In this document: piece by piece, positions 20,601-29,774 of the stretch | How the letters are laid out: each line of letters begins with the position of its first letter | Numbering within the stretch: position 1 is the first letter of the stretch | Assembly (NCBI GenBank): GCA_016191015.1 | Contig: JACPPM010000301.1 | Coordinates: 5,472 to 69,471, forward strand | Direction of reading: 5' to 3' | Length of the DNA stretch: 64,000 nucleotides | Origin: Acidobacteriota bacterium | GTDB taxonomy: Bacteria > Acidobacteriota > CAIWXX01 | Made by a program: the position numbers and the translations under genes | Notes under the pieces: generated by a model | Databases searched by the model: none | The model's input: only the letters and a program-made list of their open reading frames with translations | Told to the model about the DNA's origin: nothing

Positions 20601-20871
20601 TGTCATCGATACGGGCATTGGAATGACGTCCGATCAAATCGCGCGGCTCTTCCAGGCGTACACTCAAGCTGGCGCAGATACGAGCCGCAAGTACGGCGGC
20701 ACCGGCCTCGGGCTCGTCATCAGCAGGCGTCTCGCCCAAATGATGGGCGGCGAGATCTCGGTGGAAAGCGCGCCGGGCAAAGGCTCCACGTTCACCCTGA
20801 CGCTCCCGGCGCGAACACCGGCGGGCGAAAAGGAGGATCGCGGTGGCTCGAGGATGGCCGCTGCACAGTAG
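17659..20871 (+). CDS. Sensor histidine kinase with periplasmic beta-propeller (Reg_prop repeats), Y_Y_Y domain, TM, HisKA and HATPase
   Basis: Repeated [27 protein letters not shown]...[38 protein letters not shown]. Confidence 0.93.
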   Translation: MLLRAAKVFCLLFLVFIGTPCWGLDPSKALTQYRHDVWQTRDGLPQSSVESMVQTRTGYLWLGTQEGLARFDGVRFAVYDKSNTKAIRHNRILALLEDRRGSLWIGTEGGGLVELSDGLFRNFSKSEGLPDERVLALAEDHDGRLWVGTGSGLACYRDGTVDAGRSVPELIGTPIESLAVAANGKLWIGTAGRGLFRYDHAQVERVGPDGEAQSTVAKVFCDADGSVWFASNARLYRLQEGPSARVDEQSWARWGSIGEIYRDRQGSLWVGTDAGVVRFRDGRVESYSVKDGLSNDVIHCILEDHEGSLWIGTMDGGLNRFADGAFTTYSTAEGLSHDIVSPIYQDREGRIWIGTRGGGVNCYAREGFTTYTARDGLADDFVQAIVQDREGTLWFGTKRGGLCSLREGRFKTYTDRDGLPIASVRALFEDRRGDLWVGTLNHGLARFRDGGFQLFTTKDGLTNNTVFFILEDHEGTVWFATNGGGLNYYRDGRFGAITTKEGLSIDIVNTLHEDAAGTLWIGTYGGGLNRLTHGRLSSYTTREGLFDDAVFRILEDGSGNLWISCNKGIYRIAKHQFDELDRGGRRLLEPAAFGVVDGMKNRECNGADQPTGWKMRDGTLWFPTIQGAVMVDPAHLPTNTLPPAVVIEELRVDDRVAGIAATPEIPPGAQRVDIQYAGLSFRVPARVRFRYKLEGFDGDWVDAGARRTAYYTRLPPGSYRFRVQACNDSGVWNTVGATLGLVIIPHIYQRPLFYFALMAVAAILVISIHRLRVQRLKRRERELVEIVEQRTQSLRLEMERTARALREAEEQREIAHAAKTEAEAANRIKSWFVANTSHELRTPINSVLGYSEMLIEEAEESGNLVAIPDLRKIHAAGRHLLGLINDILDLSKIEAGKLDLQLDTFDLGALVEEVAASVRPLIEKNGNALAADGTDVAGSICADPARARQILLNLLSNAAKFTRDGEVRLEVRRETDRVLMRVIDTGIGMTSDQIARLFQAYTQAGADTSRKYGGTGLGLVISRRLAQMMGGEISVESAPGKGSTFTLTLPARTPAGEKEDRGGSRMAAAQ

Positions 20872-20922
20872 TCCACACTAGTCCGGAGGCGCACCGCCGC
20901 GCACGCAGGTCCCATCCTCACT

Positions 20923-21000
20923 ACCACCAAGTCACCATGGCACCAAGAAACTACCAAGGGGTTTCTCTCCCTCATTCGTGCCCCTTGATGTCTTCGTGGT
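20923..21000. repeat. Degenerate 8/9-mer-arm inverted element (CACCAAG / CTTCGTG type) between convergent genes
   Basis: caccaagt caccatgg caccaaga ... ttcgtgcc ccttgatg tcttcgtggt, immediately followed by ccgga. Confidence 0.55.
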
Positions 21001-21065
21001 CCGGACGTCAGCTCCGGCATCCAGACGGTTGAGATGACCTGGGCCAGGAATGAGCGAGAAGGCAC

Positions 21066-22328
21066 CTATTGGCCGGGCCTGAGCACCTGGCGTATCGCGT
21101 CCAGCCGGGTCGTCCCTTCAGAGTGAGTGGGCACGATCCAACCCCCTTCCGAGAGCTCGTTCCACGCATACATGATGATCGTGCTGGCCTCAGCGGATGC
21201 AGGATTGCCCCTGATCCACTGTACGCCTTCGCCCAGGTGCGTCGCTATCTGCTCGGCGGTCGCGTACTCCACAACAGGGCCTGAGGTATACCCGCCATAT
21301 CCCCAGACATCATCCCGATGCGGTCTCGGATCCCAGCCGGCGCTCACGGTAGGGATCGCTTTGAGTCCCGCATCTCGAAAGCTATTCCACAGTGCGCTGT
21401 CTGCCTGCGCCAAGGCATCATAGGGGAACCAAGTATAGTTGTCCGGGTCCTCGTAGCCCCCGGGAATCGGGCTCGTATAGGACGTCACCGCATTCACACC
21501 GAGCTCCGCGACAGCCCGTTCCCCCTCATCGGCTGACCAGACCAACGCGGCGATGTACGGGTTCTTCATCCCGGCGCGTCGCGCCTTCTTGCGAAAATCG
21601 TCCAACATCTGCCGCAGCTTCCGCCAACTGCCCAAGATCTTTTCCGGATCTTCTCCCGCCAGCCAGAAGAACACGAGTGGCCTGCGTCTCATGACCCTCT
21701 GGTAGGACGGTTCCTGCATCTGGCCTATTGCCTCCTGCACTTCGAAGTCCCAGTTGTGCTGGCCGAAGTAGTAGTCACCGGACCCCGGCATCCCCATCAT
21801 CAGCGAAAACTTCACCTTGGACTTGAGCTGGCTGGAGAGGTAGTACTTCCGACTGCGGTTCATGTCCTCTGCCTTCCACCCGTTTGTGGGGTCGACCAGC
21901 GGATTGCCTTGTGGGTCCCGAAGGACGTACATGTTGAAGATCCAGAAATCGATGCCACCCGCGGCCGCATACGCGATCTCCTGATCCATGACCTCCTGAG
22001 AATCGGAGAAGGCCTCGAGCTGTCCGTCCGCGAGCGTCCTGGCATAGAAGGGATGGCGGTAGCGCCACTCATCGGGTGCCAGGACTGAAACGTACGGAGA
22101 GCCGCGGTACCAACCGTCCCAGCGGATCGCCCCCACAAGAGCGTTTCCCTTCTTCACCGGTACACCTGCGTGGCGGGGGGCGGCGGTCTCGAGATGTGGA
22201 CAGCGGTCACCCGACCCGCTGCGATCCCGGGCCACGCTAGCCGATGCATGCCCGCTCGCGAAGACGGGCTCGATGGGCGGCGCGAAGGCGATCGCGATTG
22301 AGAGCGAGAGTGGGGCGCAGGGTTTCAT
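21066..22328 (-). CDS. Glycoside hydrolase family 99-like / WbsX-like protein
   Basis: GAIRWDGW, MDQEIAYAAAGGIDFW, RPLVF, GWDPRP, YAWNELSEGGWIVP; AAGGAGG RBS before the ATG at 22328. Confidence 0.72.
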   Translation of the reverse strand: MKPCAPLSLSIAIAFAPPIEPVFASGHASASVARDRSGSGDRCPHLETAAPRHAGVPVKKGNALVGAIRWDGWYRGSPYVSVLAPDEWRYRHPFYARTLADGQLEAFSDSQEVMDQEIAYAAAGGIDFWIFNMYVLRDPQGNPLVDPTNGWKAEDMNRSRKYYLSSQLKSKVKFSLMMGMPGSGDYYFGQHNWDFEVQEAIGQMQEPSYQRVMRRRPLVFFWLAGEDPEKILGSWRKLRQMLDDFRKKARRAGMKNPYIAALVWSADEGERAVAELGVNAVTSYTSPIPGGYEDPDNYTWFPYDALAQADSALWNSFRDAGLKAIPTVSAGWDPRPHRDDVWGYGGYTSGPVVEYATAEQIATHLGEGVQWIRGNPASAEASTIIMYAWNELSEGGWIVPTHSEGTTRLDAIRQVLRPGQ

Positions 22329-22388
22329 CCTATCCTCCTTGGTGGTACGTCGTACTGAGTCATATCTGCCATTCCCGAATACAGAGGG

Positions 22389-22405
22389 TGCACAACCCAT
22401 GCCAG
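22389..22405 (-). promoter_or_regulatory. Putative sigma-54 promoter for the GH99-like gene
   Basis: CTGGCATGGGTTGTGCA on the minus strand has GG-N10-GC (-24/-12) spacing. Confidence 0.5.
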
Positions 22406-22566
22406 CGGCCGAATCGACCCCATCTGCATGCCAACTCTCGCGGTTCCGGCGATGCGACGGGAGTCCGAATTCGAATTTCAGAGAGTCGAGATCGAAAGCC
22501 GTATGGTGTCGCAGAATTTCCTCACTCGCGCTGGCGTCTCTACCATCCGGCACGTTCATGCCCGCT

Positions 22567-22595
22567 TTGCCAGCATGAGCCCGCTTTGCTAGTAT
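22567..22595 (+). promoter_or_regulatory. Putative sigma-70 promoter of the mqn cluster
   Basis: TTGCCA-N17-TAGTAT with a TGn extension, overlapped by a 17-nt direct repeat. Confidence 0.6.
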
Positions 22596-22617
22596 TGCGC
22601 CCTTCGGTGGAGGGAGG

Positions 22618-23490
22618 ATGGAGGAGTCGCGGGCGATCGGAGCAGCGCGTGAGGTGCCGCGTGCAATTGATGTTGCCAACTTCGTGCGCCTGGAACACAC
22701 GCTTTTCTCTCTGCCCCTGTTGTTTGCGGGGGCGCTGCTGGCTGAACAGGCCTGGCCATCGGTGCGGACTTCACTCCTGATCGTCGCCGCAGGGACCGGC
22801 GCTCGCACCGCCGCCCTCGCCCTGAACCGCATCATCGACCGCCGGATCGACGCGGCCAATCCGCGGACTCGCGTGCGCGAGCTGCCGGCCGGGAAACTGA
22901 AGATCGGGCAGGCGTGGGGCGTCTGCGTCGCGGGCATCGCTCTCTACCTCGCCTCCGCGGGCTTGCTCGGGCGCCTGACCCTCCTCCTCTCCCCAATCCC
23001 CCTCATCGTCTTCACCTGCTACCCGTATCTGAAGCGATTCACGACCCTCGCTCACTTCGGCGTCGGTCTCGGCCTGGCCCTGGCTCCTCTCGGCGCCTGG
23101 GTTGCAGTGACGCAGCGGATCCTGCCAGACCTGCCTATCGGGTTGCTCACGCTGTTTACACTCCTGTGGGTCGCAGGATTTGACATCATCTATGCCACGC
23201 TCGACATCGAGTTCGACCGCAGCCATGGGCTTCACTCGATACCCGCGCGCATCGGATCAAAAGCCTTGTTGATCGCGGCCTTTCTGCACCTGCTCGCCCT
23301 GCTGTGCCTGCTCGCTCTCGCGATGACCTCTCTGGACGGCTTCTATCGCTACTACGCGCTGGGCGCCGTTGGTGTGCTTTTCGCCGTCGAGCACTTCTTC
23401 TCCCGTAAGGTCAACTTCGCATTCTTCCACGTCAATTCGGTATTAGGATTCTTCGTTCTCCTGTTCATTGTCGCGGGGGTGCAACGGTGA
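22618..23490 (+). CDS. mqnP: UbiA-like polyprenyltransferase of the futalosine pathway
   Basis: EHTLFSLP, NRIIDRRIDAANPRT..RELP, YPYLKRFT, GFDIIYA..D..FDR..GLHS. Confidence 0.88.
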   Translation: MEESRAIGAAREVPRAIDVANFVRLEHTLFSLPLLFAGALLAEQAWPSVRTSLLIVAAGTGARTAALALNRIIDRRIDAANPRTRVRELPAGKLKIGQAWGVCVAGIALYLASAGLLGRLTLLLSPIPLIVFTCYPYLKRFTTLAHFGVGLGLALAPLGAWVAVTQRILPDLPIGLLTLFTLLWVAGFDIIYATLDIEFDRSHGLHSIPARIGSKALLIAAFLHLLALLCLLALAMTSLDGFYRYYALGAVGVLFAVEHFFSRKVNFAFFHVNSVLGFFVLLFIVAGVQR

Positions 23491-24038
23491 GGGTCCTCGT
23501 CGGTGTGACAGGGGCGTCGGGGGCACCGTATGCTCTGGAATTCCTGAAGCGCTGCCACGAGGAGAAATACGTCGTCTTCAGCCGCTGGGGGCGGGAGGTG
23601 TTCTTCGAGGAGACCGAGATCAAGCCATCCGATTTGGACCCGCTCGTTTCCAAGATCTTCAGAGACGAGGATCTGCGCGCGCCGTTTTCGTCGGGCAGCA
23701 ACTTTTTCGATGCCTACGTCATCATCCCTTGCTCGACCTCTACGTTAGGCAAGATCGCGGCCGGTTTCGGCGACACGCTGATCACGCGGTGCGCGCAGGT
23801 GGCCATGAAGGAACGGCGCAGGATGGTCCTCTGTGTTCGCGAAACCCCGATGTCCAGCCTGCAGCTCGAGAACGCGCTCGAGCTCTCCCGGAACGGAGTC
23901 ATCATCATGCCTGCCTCTCCGCCCTTCTATTCGAAGCCCAAGGACAAGGATGAGCTGATTGGCGGGTACGTCGAGCGCGTCTGTCAGGTCCTGGGGCTCC
24001 CTTCGAACTACCACTATCGCGAGGAAGAGCTCGATTGA
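23487..24038 (+). CDS. ubiX: Flavin prenyltransferase (MqnM/UbiX)
   Basis: VGVTGASG, SSGS, PCS..TL.KIA.G, KERR, RETP, PPFY..P. Confidence 0.95.
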   Translation: MRVLVGVTGASGAPYALEFLKRCHEEKYVVFSRWGREVFFEETEIKPSDLDPLVSKIFRDEDLRAPFSSGSNFFDAYVIIPCSTSTLGKIAAGFGDTLITRCAQVAMKERRRMVLCVRETPMSSLQLENALELSRNGVIIMPASPPFYSKPKDKDELIGGYVERVCQVLGLPSNYHYREEELD

Positions 24039-25804
24039 GCACGCAGCCCCCTTACGAAAGCTTGAGAGAATTCGTCGCGACGCTCAAGCGGGAGGGTGAG
24101 CTCGTCGAAGTCAGCACTCCCGTCGATCCGGCTCTCGAGGCCGGTGAGATTTCGATGCGGGTGGTCAGAGAGGGCGGACCGGCACTGCTTTTCAGGAACC
24201 CTTCCGGAGCGGCGTGTCCACTGCTCACGAACCTGTTCGGAACGAGTCGGAGGATCGAGCTGGCGCTCGGTGAGGCACCGGCGGCATTGGGCGCCAGGCT
24301 CCTCGAGTTCCTCGAGGCTCTGCAGCCGCCGACGATCAAGGCGCTGATCGCGCGCCGCAAGCTCGGGATGCGCCTCCTAGCCGCGAGAACCCGGGTCGCC
24401 TCCGAGAATCAGGACTTCGTCTACGAAGACCCCGATCTCGCACGACTCCCGATCCTCACGTGCTGGCCCGAAGATGGCGGCCGCTTCGTTACGTTCCCGC
24501 TCGTTCTGACACATCATCCCCACACGGGCCGGCGCAATCTCGGCATCTACCGGATGCACGTCTTCGACCGCGCCACCACCGGTATGCACTGGCAGATCGA
24601 GAAGGGGGGCGGATTTCACTACGCGGCAGCGGAGCGTGATGGGCGGAGCCTGCCCGTGGCGGTTGTCATCGGGGCCGATCCCGCGGTCATGCTCTCCGGC
24701 GTCTTTCCTCTGCCTGAAAACGTCGACGAGCTCGCTTTCGCCGCCTTCCTCAGAGGCAAGCCGCTCAGGCTGGCGAAATCACCATCCTTCCCGCATCCGT
24801 ATCCGCTCGAGGCCGAGCTCGTGCTCGAGGGCGAGGTGGCTCCGCGAGAGCGCCGGATGGAGGGGCCGTTCGGTGACCATTTCGGGCACTACTCGGGCGC
24901 GGCTGAATTCCCGGTCTTCCGCGTGAATCGTGTGCGGAGGCGCAGGGATGCAGTCTTCGTTGCGACGATCGTCGGGAAGCCGCCGCAGGAGGACAAATAC
25001 CTGGGGATGGCAGTGAACGAAATGATGGCCCCGCTTGTGCGGCTTGTTCACCCTGAGGTCAGCGATCTGTGGGCGTATCCGGGCGCTGGCTTCCACAATC
25101 TGGCCGCGGTGGCGGTGGGCGAGCGGTACCACAAGGAAGCCATCAAGACGGCGCTGGGGTTGATGGGGCAGGGACAGATGAGTCTGACCAAGTGCATGGT
25201 GCTGGTCGGGGAGGGCGTGAATGTCAGATCCTTTCCCGCGCTGCTCAGGGAGATGCGGCACTATTTCGATCCCGCGCGGGATTTCATTCTTCTCAAGACG
25301 ACGCCATACGACACGCTGGACTTCTCCAGCTTCGAGATGAACCTGGGAAGCAAGATGATTGTCGACGCGACGCCGGGACCGAAGGTTTCGGTGAACGGCG
25401 CGGGGCCGGCCGCGTTTCCGGGGGCGATCGAAGAGCGGTTCATTGAAGACATGCTATTCGTTGTGAAAGTGCGCGACAGGGATGCGGCAGTGGCAGCCCT
25501 GCCGGGCTACCTCAAAAGTGGTCGCGGAACTGCTAGAATCGTTGCCTTGGTTGGAACGGACACGGATCTGGCTGATGAGGAAAACCTGCTCTGGGGCATC
25601 TTCACCAGGTTCGAGCCGGCCAGGGACGTGTACTTCGAGGAGATCGAGATGAGAGGGGTAGCGCCGGTTTACCGAGGCGGGATGGGAATTGACGCGACCT
25701 GGAAGCCAGGCTATCCGAAGCCGTTGTCGATGGACGAGGAGATCGTCCGGAAGGTGGACCGGAGATGGAACGAATACGCAATCGAGTCACGGACCCGGCG
25801 CTGA
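24035..25804 (+). CDS. mqnL: Menaquinone biosynthesis decarboxylase (UbiD family)
   Basis: WPEDGGRF, NLGIYRM, MHWQIEKGG, EGPFGDHFGHY, VGKPPQED, DTLDFS, IDATWKPGYP. Confidence 0.92.
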   Translation: MSTQPPYESLREFVATLKREGELVEVSTPVDPALEAGEISMRVVREGGPALLFRNPSGAACPLLTNLFGTSRRIELALGEAPAALGARLLEFLEALQPPTIKALIARRKLGMRLLAARTRVASENQDFVYEDPDLARLPILTCWPEDGGRFVTFPLVLTHHPHTGRRNLGIYRMHVFDRATTGMHWQIEKGGGFHYAAAERDGRSLPVAVVIGADPAVMLSGVFPLPENVDELAFAAFLRGKPLRLAKSPSFPHPYPLEAELVLEGEVAPRERRMEGPFGDHFGHYSGAAEFPVFRVNRVRRRRDAVFVATIVGKPPQEDKYLGMAVNEMMAPLVRLVHPEVSDLWAYPGAGFHNLAAVAVGERYHKEAIKTALGLMGQGQMSLTKCMVLVGEGVNVRSFPALLREMRHYFDPARDFILLKTTPYDTLDFSSFEMNLGSKMIVDATPGPKVSVNGAGPAAFPGAIEERFIEDMLFVVKVRDRDAAVAALPGYLKSGRGTARIVALVGTDTDLADEENLLWGIFTRFEPARDVYFEEIEMRGVAPVYRGGMGIDATWKPGYPKPLSMDEEIVRKVDRRWNEYAIESRTRR

Positions 25805-26865
25805 AAGGGATCCTGCAAAAGTTGCAGGATGGGCGGCGACTGGACTTCGAAGACGGCATGGCTCTGTTCGCGACGCCGGACTTTCTGGGCCTGGGCGCGA
25901 TGGCGAACGATGTCAAGGAGCAGAAGACTGGGGAGGATGCGTACTTCGTCGTCAATCGCCAGATCAACCCGTCGAATATTTGCGTCCTGAGCTGCAAGTT
26001 CTGCGAGTTCGCGGCGAAGAAGGGCGACTCGAAGGCATACGAGATGAGCCTCGACGAGATCCTCGCGCGGTGCGGCGACGATGTCGCCGAAGTCCATATC
26101 GTCGGCGGGCTGCACCCGGACTGGCCTTTCGACGTGTATCTCGACATCGTCCGCACGATCAGGAAGAATTTTCCGAGGATTCAGATCAAGGCGTACACTG
26201 CTGTCGAAGTGGATTTCTTCTCCCGAATCGCAAAGTTGTCGGTGGAGAAGGTGCTGGAGAGGCTCCGGGAGGCCGGCATGGACACGATGCCGGGCGGAGG
26301 TGCCGAGGTGTTTTCCGAACGCGTGAAGAAGGATCTGTTTCCGCAGAAGATCGGCGCCGAGCCATGGCTGCGGATCCACCGCCTCGCGCACAGGATGGGC
26401 ATCCGGAGCAACGCGACGCTCCTCTATGGTCATATCGAGACCCGCGAAGAACGGGTCCGCCATATGCTCCTCCTGAGAGATCTCCAGGATGAAACCCACG
26501 GCTTCCTCTCATTCATACCGCTCTCCTTCCAGGTTGGCACCACACAGATCGTAGACCGCCCGGCCTCCGCCATGGAGGACCTGCGGACGATCGCAGTCGC
26601 GCGACTCCTGCTCGACAACTTCGTCCACATTAAGGCCTACTGGGTCATGCTCGGCCTGGACGTCACCGCCATGGCCCTCAACTTCGGCGCCGACGATCTG
26701 GACGGCACAATCGGCAAGGAAACGATCGCGCACATGGCCGGGGCCGATTCGCCGGCGGGCCTCACACGCAACTTCCTCGTCGGCATGATCCGCGAAGCGG
26801 GTCGTGTGCCCGTTGTCCGGGATGGGCTCTATAACAAACTTGAAGTTATCGGTTCCGTTGCGTGA
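25765..26865 (+). CDS. mqnE: Aminofutalosine synthase (radical SAM)
   Basis: NRQINPSNICVLSCKFC, VHIVGGLHP, MPGGGAE, NATLLYGHIE, HIKAYWVM, FGADDLDGT. Confidence 0.95.
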   Translation: MERIRNRVTDPALKGILQKLQDGRRLDFEDGMALFATPDFLGLGAMANDVKEQKTGEDAYFVVNRQINPSNICVLSCKFCEFAAKKGDSKAYEMSLDEILARCGDDVAEVHIVGGLHPDWPFDVYLDIVRTIRKNFPRIQIKAYTAVEVDFFSRIAKLSVEKVLERLREAGMDTMPGGGAEVFSERVKKDLFPQKIGAEPWLRIHRLAHRMGIRSNATLLYGHIETREERVRHMLLLRDLQDETHGFLSFIPLSFQVGTTQIVDRPASAMEDLRTIAVARLLLDNFVHIKAYWVMLGLDVTAMALNFGADDLDGTIGKETIAHMAGADSPAGLTRNFLVGMIREAGRVPVVRDGLYNKLEVIGSVA

Positions 26866-26901
26866 TCCTTTTCAACGCAAAGGCGCAAAGACGCAAAGAA
26901 G
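26866..26901 (+). repeat. Octamer arm (RCGCAAAG)x3 directly after the mqnE stop
   Basis: acgcaaag gcgcaaag acgcaaag; the reverse complement matches 4425-4452 at 27/28. Confidence 0.8.
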
Positions 26902-27218
26902 AAAAGCGGATTCCTGCGAGATGGCGGGCGGCAGAGGCCGTGTTCGTCGTCCGCTTGTGGGGGCGTGACGTTTTTTGCACCGTGCGGCCGACCGGCTTGC
27001 TTCCCGATTGAGAGTCGCAGCTCACCGCAGAGCGGTGGGAGTCGACGGGGCGATCGACGCGACGCTCAACGGGACCGAGGCAGACAGGGACATACCGGCA
27101 CGGTTACTCCGTCCAGCATGGCAAAGTCACCGCGCGGCCGCGCCGCGATCGACGCCGACGACACGACCGACACCTTCGCCGAGGGACGCGCCGCCGGCCA
27201 TCAGCTCCAGGCGCTCGT

Positions 27219-27484
27219 GGCATGTCCGAGACACCACAGACTGGGGCTACATGATCCAGAACGCGGGAAACCGGCTGCGATACATAGCCGAGCGTCACAA
27301 GATCGATTCGCGTTGTCGTGAGACAGTACACACGAATTCGAACTACACCTCAATCATTTGGGTGTACGCTTACAACGAATGGGGAGAGGGTGCAGGGATC
27401 GAACAGCTTACGCAGGGAACGCCCAAATTCCCTTACCGTTTCGGCCTCGATATGCTTGATACCCTCAAGAACACACGGCCATGA
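27219..27484 (+). pseudogene. C-terminal remnant of a GH99/WbsX-like glycoside hydrolase
   Basis: IWVYAYNEWGEGAGIE motif near the end of an ORF whose N-terminal half looks non-coding or frameshifted; the left boundary is approximate. Confidence 0.5.
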
Positions 27485-28104
27485 GACCACGAGCACTTGG
27501 CCGGTCGGGATCGTACGTTGTGTTGGCGATGACCCTCTGGCTGGCTGGGTGTGAGGACTCACCAACGACTCCGGATCCGCTGCCGACTGGCCTGCCCAAT
27601 GCGAAGATCTTCGACAACCTGCAGCTTGCTCGTCAGTTGGAAGCAAAGCAAAGGACGGACACTATATTCACCGAGATGAGCGGCGACTTCGACTTGGACG
27701 GAACGTGCAGCGAAGGCGGCGGGATCACGTACGAGTTCACTCGCGTTCAGACGTTGGAGAGGTTCGATTGGGCTGTCTACTGCGATGGCCAGATCGAATT
27801 GTATGGACCACTATCACCTGTCGGTTCGATTACTATCATTGACGTCGGTTCGATGATGAAGATCAATAGCGATGAGGCCATCCGGCTGGCAAGGAAGTAC
27901 GGTGGCGAGGCATTCGTAAAGCTCTATCCCGATGCGATCGCTGTCCTTCGCTACTCGATCATGAATGACTACCCGGTCTGCAAGGTCCAGTTCTTCAAGA
28001 TCGGCGTGCGGTGCGAGCCAGAATACTGGCTGCACGCCGGTACCGGGGAGCTCCTACAGAAAGCCGAGGATTGCATCTCGGCCGAGATGGACCAACGCCC
28101 CTGA
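27481..28104 (+). CDS. Lipoprotein with PepSY-like C-terminus
   Basis: Lipobox LAGC; INSDEAIRLA...YWLHAGTGELL. Confidence 0.72.
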   Translation: MRPRALGRSGSYVVLAMTLWLAGCEDSPTTPDPLPTGLPNAKIFDNLQLARQLEAKQRTDTIFTEMSGDFDLDGTCSEGGGITYEFTRVQTLERFDWAVYCDGQIELYGPLSPVGSITIIDVGSMMKINSDEAIRLARKYGGEAFVKLYPDAIAVLRYSIMNDYPVCKVQFFKIGVRCEPEYWLHAGTGELLQKAEDCISAEMDQRP

Positions 28105-28237
28105 TCAGGATGGAGGCGCCGGGGTTCCGCGATAGCACGGAGCCCCGGTGCTCCTGCCCTGTCGGCTCGCCGCTGACGCACGGGGCAGCGCGCCGCAGAG
28201 GACCTTACGCCCGATCACGAGAGAACCCGCGACCGTA

Positions 28238-29512
28238 ATGAGACGGCATTTGATGGATGCGCTAGGCCGAGTAGCCAGTCAGTGGGAGCTCCTTGGGAGT
28301 CAAGATCCCCTGTGGGCAGTTTTGACACACTCGGGGAAGCAAGGTGGTCGTTGGTCGTTGGAGGAGCTCATGGCGACCGGTGTGGAAGAGGTGGACAACA
28401 TCCTTCGAGAGACGGCAGAACTGCGAATCGCCGTGCCGCCCCGGAGAGCCTTGGACTTCGGATGTGGCGTCGGGCGTCTCACACAGGCGCTTTGCCGTCA
28501 CTTCGATCATTGCGACGGGGTCGATGTCGCCACATCCATGATCGCGGCCGCAAGGCGGATCGACGCGTATCCGGACCGCTGCTCCTATCACCTGAACAGG
28601 TCTCCAGACCTGCGGCTCTTCTCTGAGGGAAGCTTCTCTTTCATCTACTCGTCCCTGGTGCTCCAACACATGCATCCCGATCTCGCCTGCCGCTACATAC
28701 GCGAGCTCATCCGGGTTCTCGCCGGCGACGGCGTACTCGTCTTCCAGATCCCGACCGCGGGTCATTCATCGGCCTCGGACGCTCAGACAAGCTCATGCTA
28801 CCCGCACCCGTTACCGGAGTCCGCGCTTCGAGCGACGATAGCAGTATCGATGGCAGCATCGCGCGCATCGGCCGGAGAGCAGGTCTTGATCACCGCAACC
28901 GTGGAGAATTCTGGGACCTGCACATGGCCCTCATCACCATCCTGTAACGCCCGATACCGCATACAGATGGCGAACCGTTGGCTGACCCCACAGGGATGTG
29001 TCTACCAACAGGACGACGGGAGATGCCCTTTGCCGCGGGACCTTGCTCCTAGTGATCGAATCGAGCTGACTCTGCTCGCCACCGCGCCTGGCGCCCAAAT
29101 CTTGGAACTGGACATGGTGCCGGAGGATGTGTGCTGGTTTCAGGCAGTCGGCTCCACGCCTGCTCGTCTGTGGTTCGATGTCCTGACGCCTGGGTCCGTG
29201 AGTACCCCGATCATCCACCCGACACACACGCCGCCTGTGCCCCGTCCGATAATGCGGCGGCCGTTTCGGTACCGCTGGCCACGTACGACGGATCTTCTCG
29301 AAAGGCTGCGGCTATGGGGCTGCCTCCGGTCAGTCAGGGGCTGGTTTCGTAGGGATGTCCGAGCCGGCGTGTCAGTTTCGATGGACATGTGCGAGGTCCC
29401 AAGGTGTACGTCCGAAAACCTGATCAGAGATTGCCATGCCGAACTGCGGGCAGCGCGGACGGAAATCTGGGATGCTGGCATCCACAGCACCCGTTACTGG
29501 GTGACGAAATAA
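28238..29512 (+). CDS. Class I SAM-dependent methyltransferase with an NBR1-Ig-like domain
   Basis: ALDFGCGVGRLT, GVDVA..MI, YSSLVLQH; then VENSG..TWP...GRCPLP.DLAP. Confidence 0.8.
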   Translation: MRRHLMDALGRVASQWELLGSQDPLWAVLTHSGKQGGRWSLEELMATGVEEVDNILRETAELRIAVPPRRALDFGCGVGRLTQALCRHFDHCDGVDVATSMIAAARRIDAYPDRCSYHLNRSPDLRLFSEGSFSFIYSSLVLQHMHPDLACRYIRELIRVLAGDGVLVFQIPTAGHSSASDAQTSSCYPHPLPESALRATIAVSMAASRASAGEQVLITATVENSGTCTWPSSPSCNARYRIQMANRWLTPQGCVYQQDDGRCPLPRDLAPSDRIELTLLATAPGAQILELDMVPEDVCWFQAVGSTPARLWFDVLTPGSVSTPIIHPTHTPPVPRPIMRRPFRYRWPRTTDLLERLRLWGCLRSVRGWFRRDVRAGVSVSMDMCEVPRCTSENLIRDCHAELRAARTEIWDAGIHSTRYWVTK

Positions 29513-29554
29513 TCCTGAGTAGGATCACAACCATCGACGGCAGGAACCACTCTG

Positions 29555-29659
29555 ATGGAACGAATACGGGATCGAATCGCAGACCCGGCGCTGATGGCGA
29601 TCTTGGGGAAGCTGCAGGATGAGCAGCGACTGGACTTCGTGAAGAAGAGTGCGCGGTGA
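29555..29659 (+). pseudogene. Truncated, diverged duplicate of the mqnE 5' end
   Basis: MERIRDRIADPALMAILGKLQDEQRLDF vs mqnE MERIRNRVTDPALKGILQKLQDGRRLDF: 20/28 aa and 69/84 nt by hand count; stop after 34 codons. Confidence 0.85.
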
Positions 29660-29692
29660 TGAAGATGCCGAACCACTGTGGCAGATTATTTC

Positions 29693-29774
29693 GGAGTGCG
29701 GGAGCGCAGCTCCCGCTTTCTCGGGACCGAGTACCTGTGTGAACCCGAAAGCGGCAGCTTCGCTGCCGCACTCC
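29693..29774. repeat. REPIN-like doublet: two 28-nt palindromic units in inverted orientation
   Basis: ggagtgcgggagcgcagctcccgctttc (29693-29720) and gaaagcggcagcttcgctgccgcactcc (29747-29774); 25/28, with a compensatory stem change. Confidence 0.8.

Noticed and set aside
22329..22937. N-terminal 200-aa extension of the GH99-like ORF
   Set aside because: It overlaps mqnP and its promoter, and a strong RBS precedes the ATG at 22328.
28238..29512. Methyltransferase as MenG/UbiE
   Set aside because: It lacks UbiE-type motifs, carries an Ig-like domain and sits within the cargo block.
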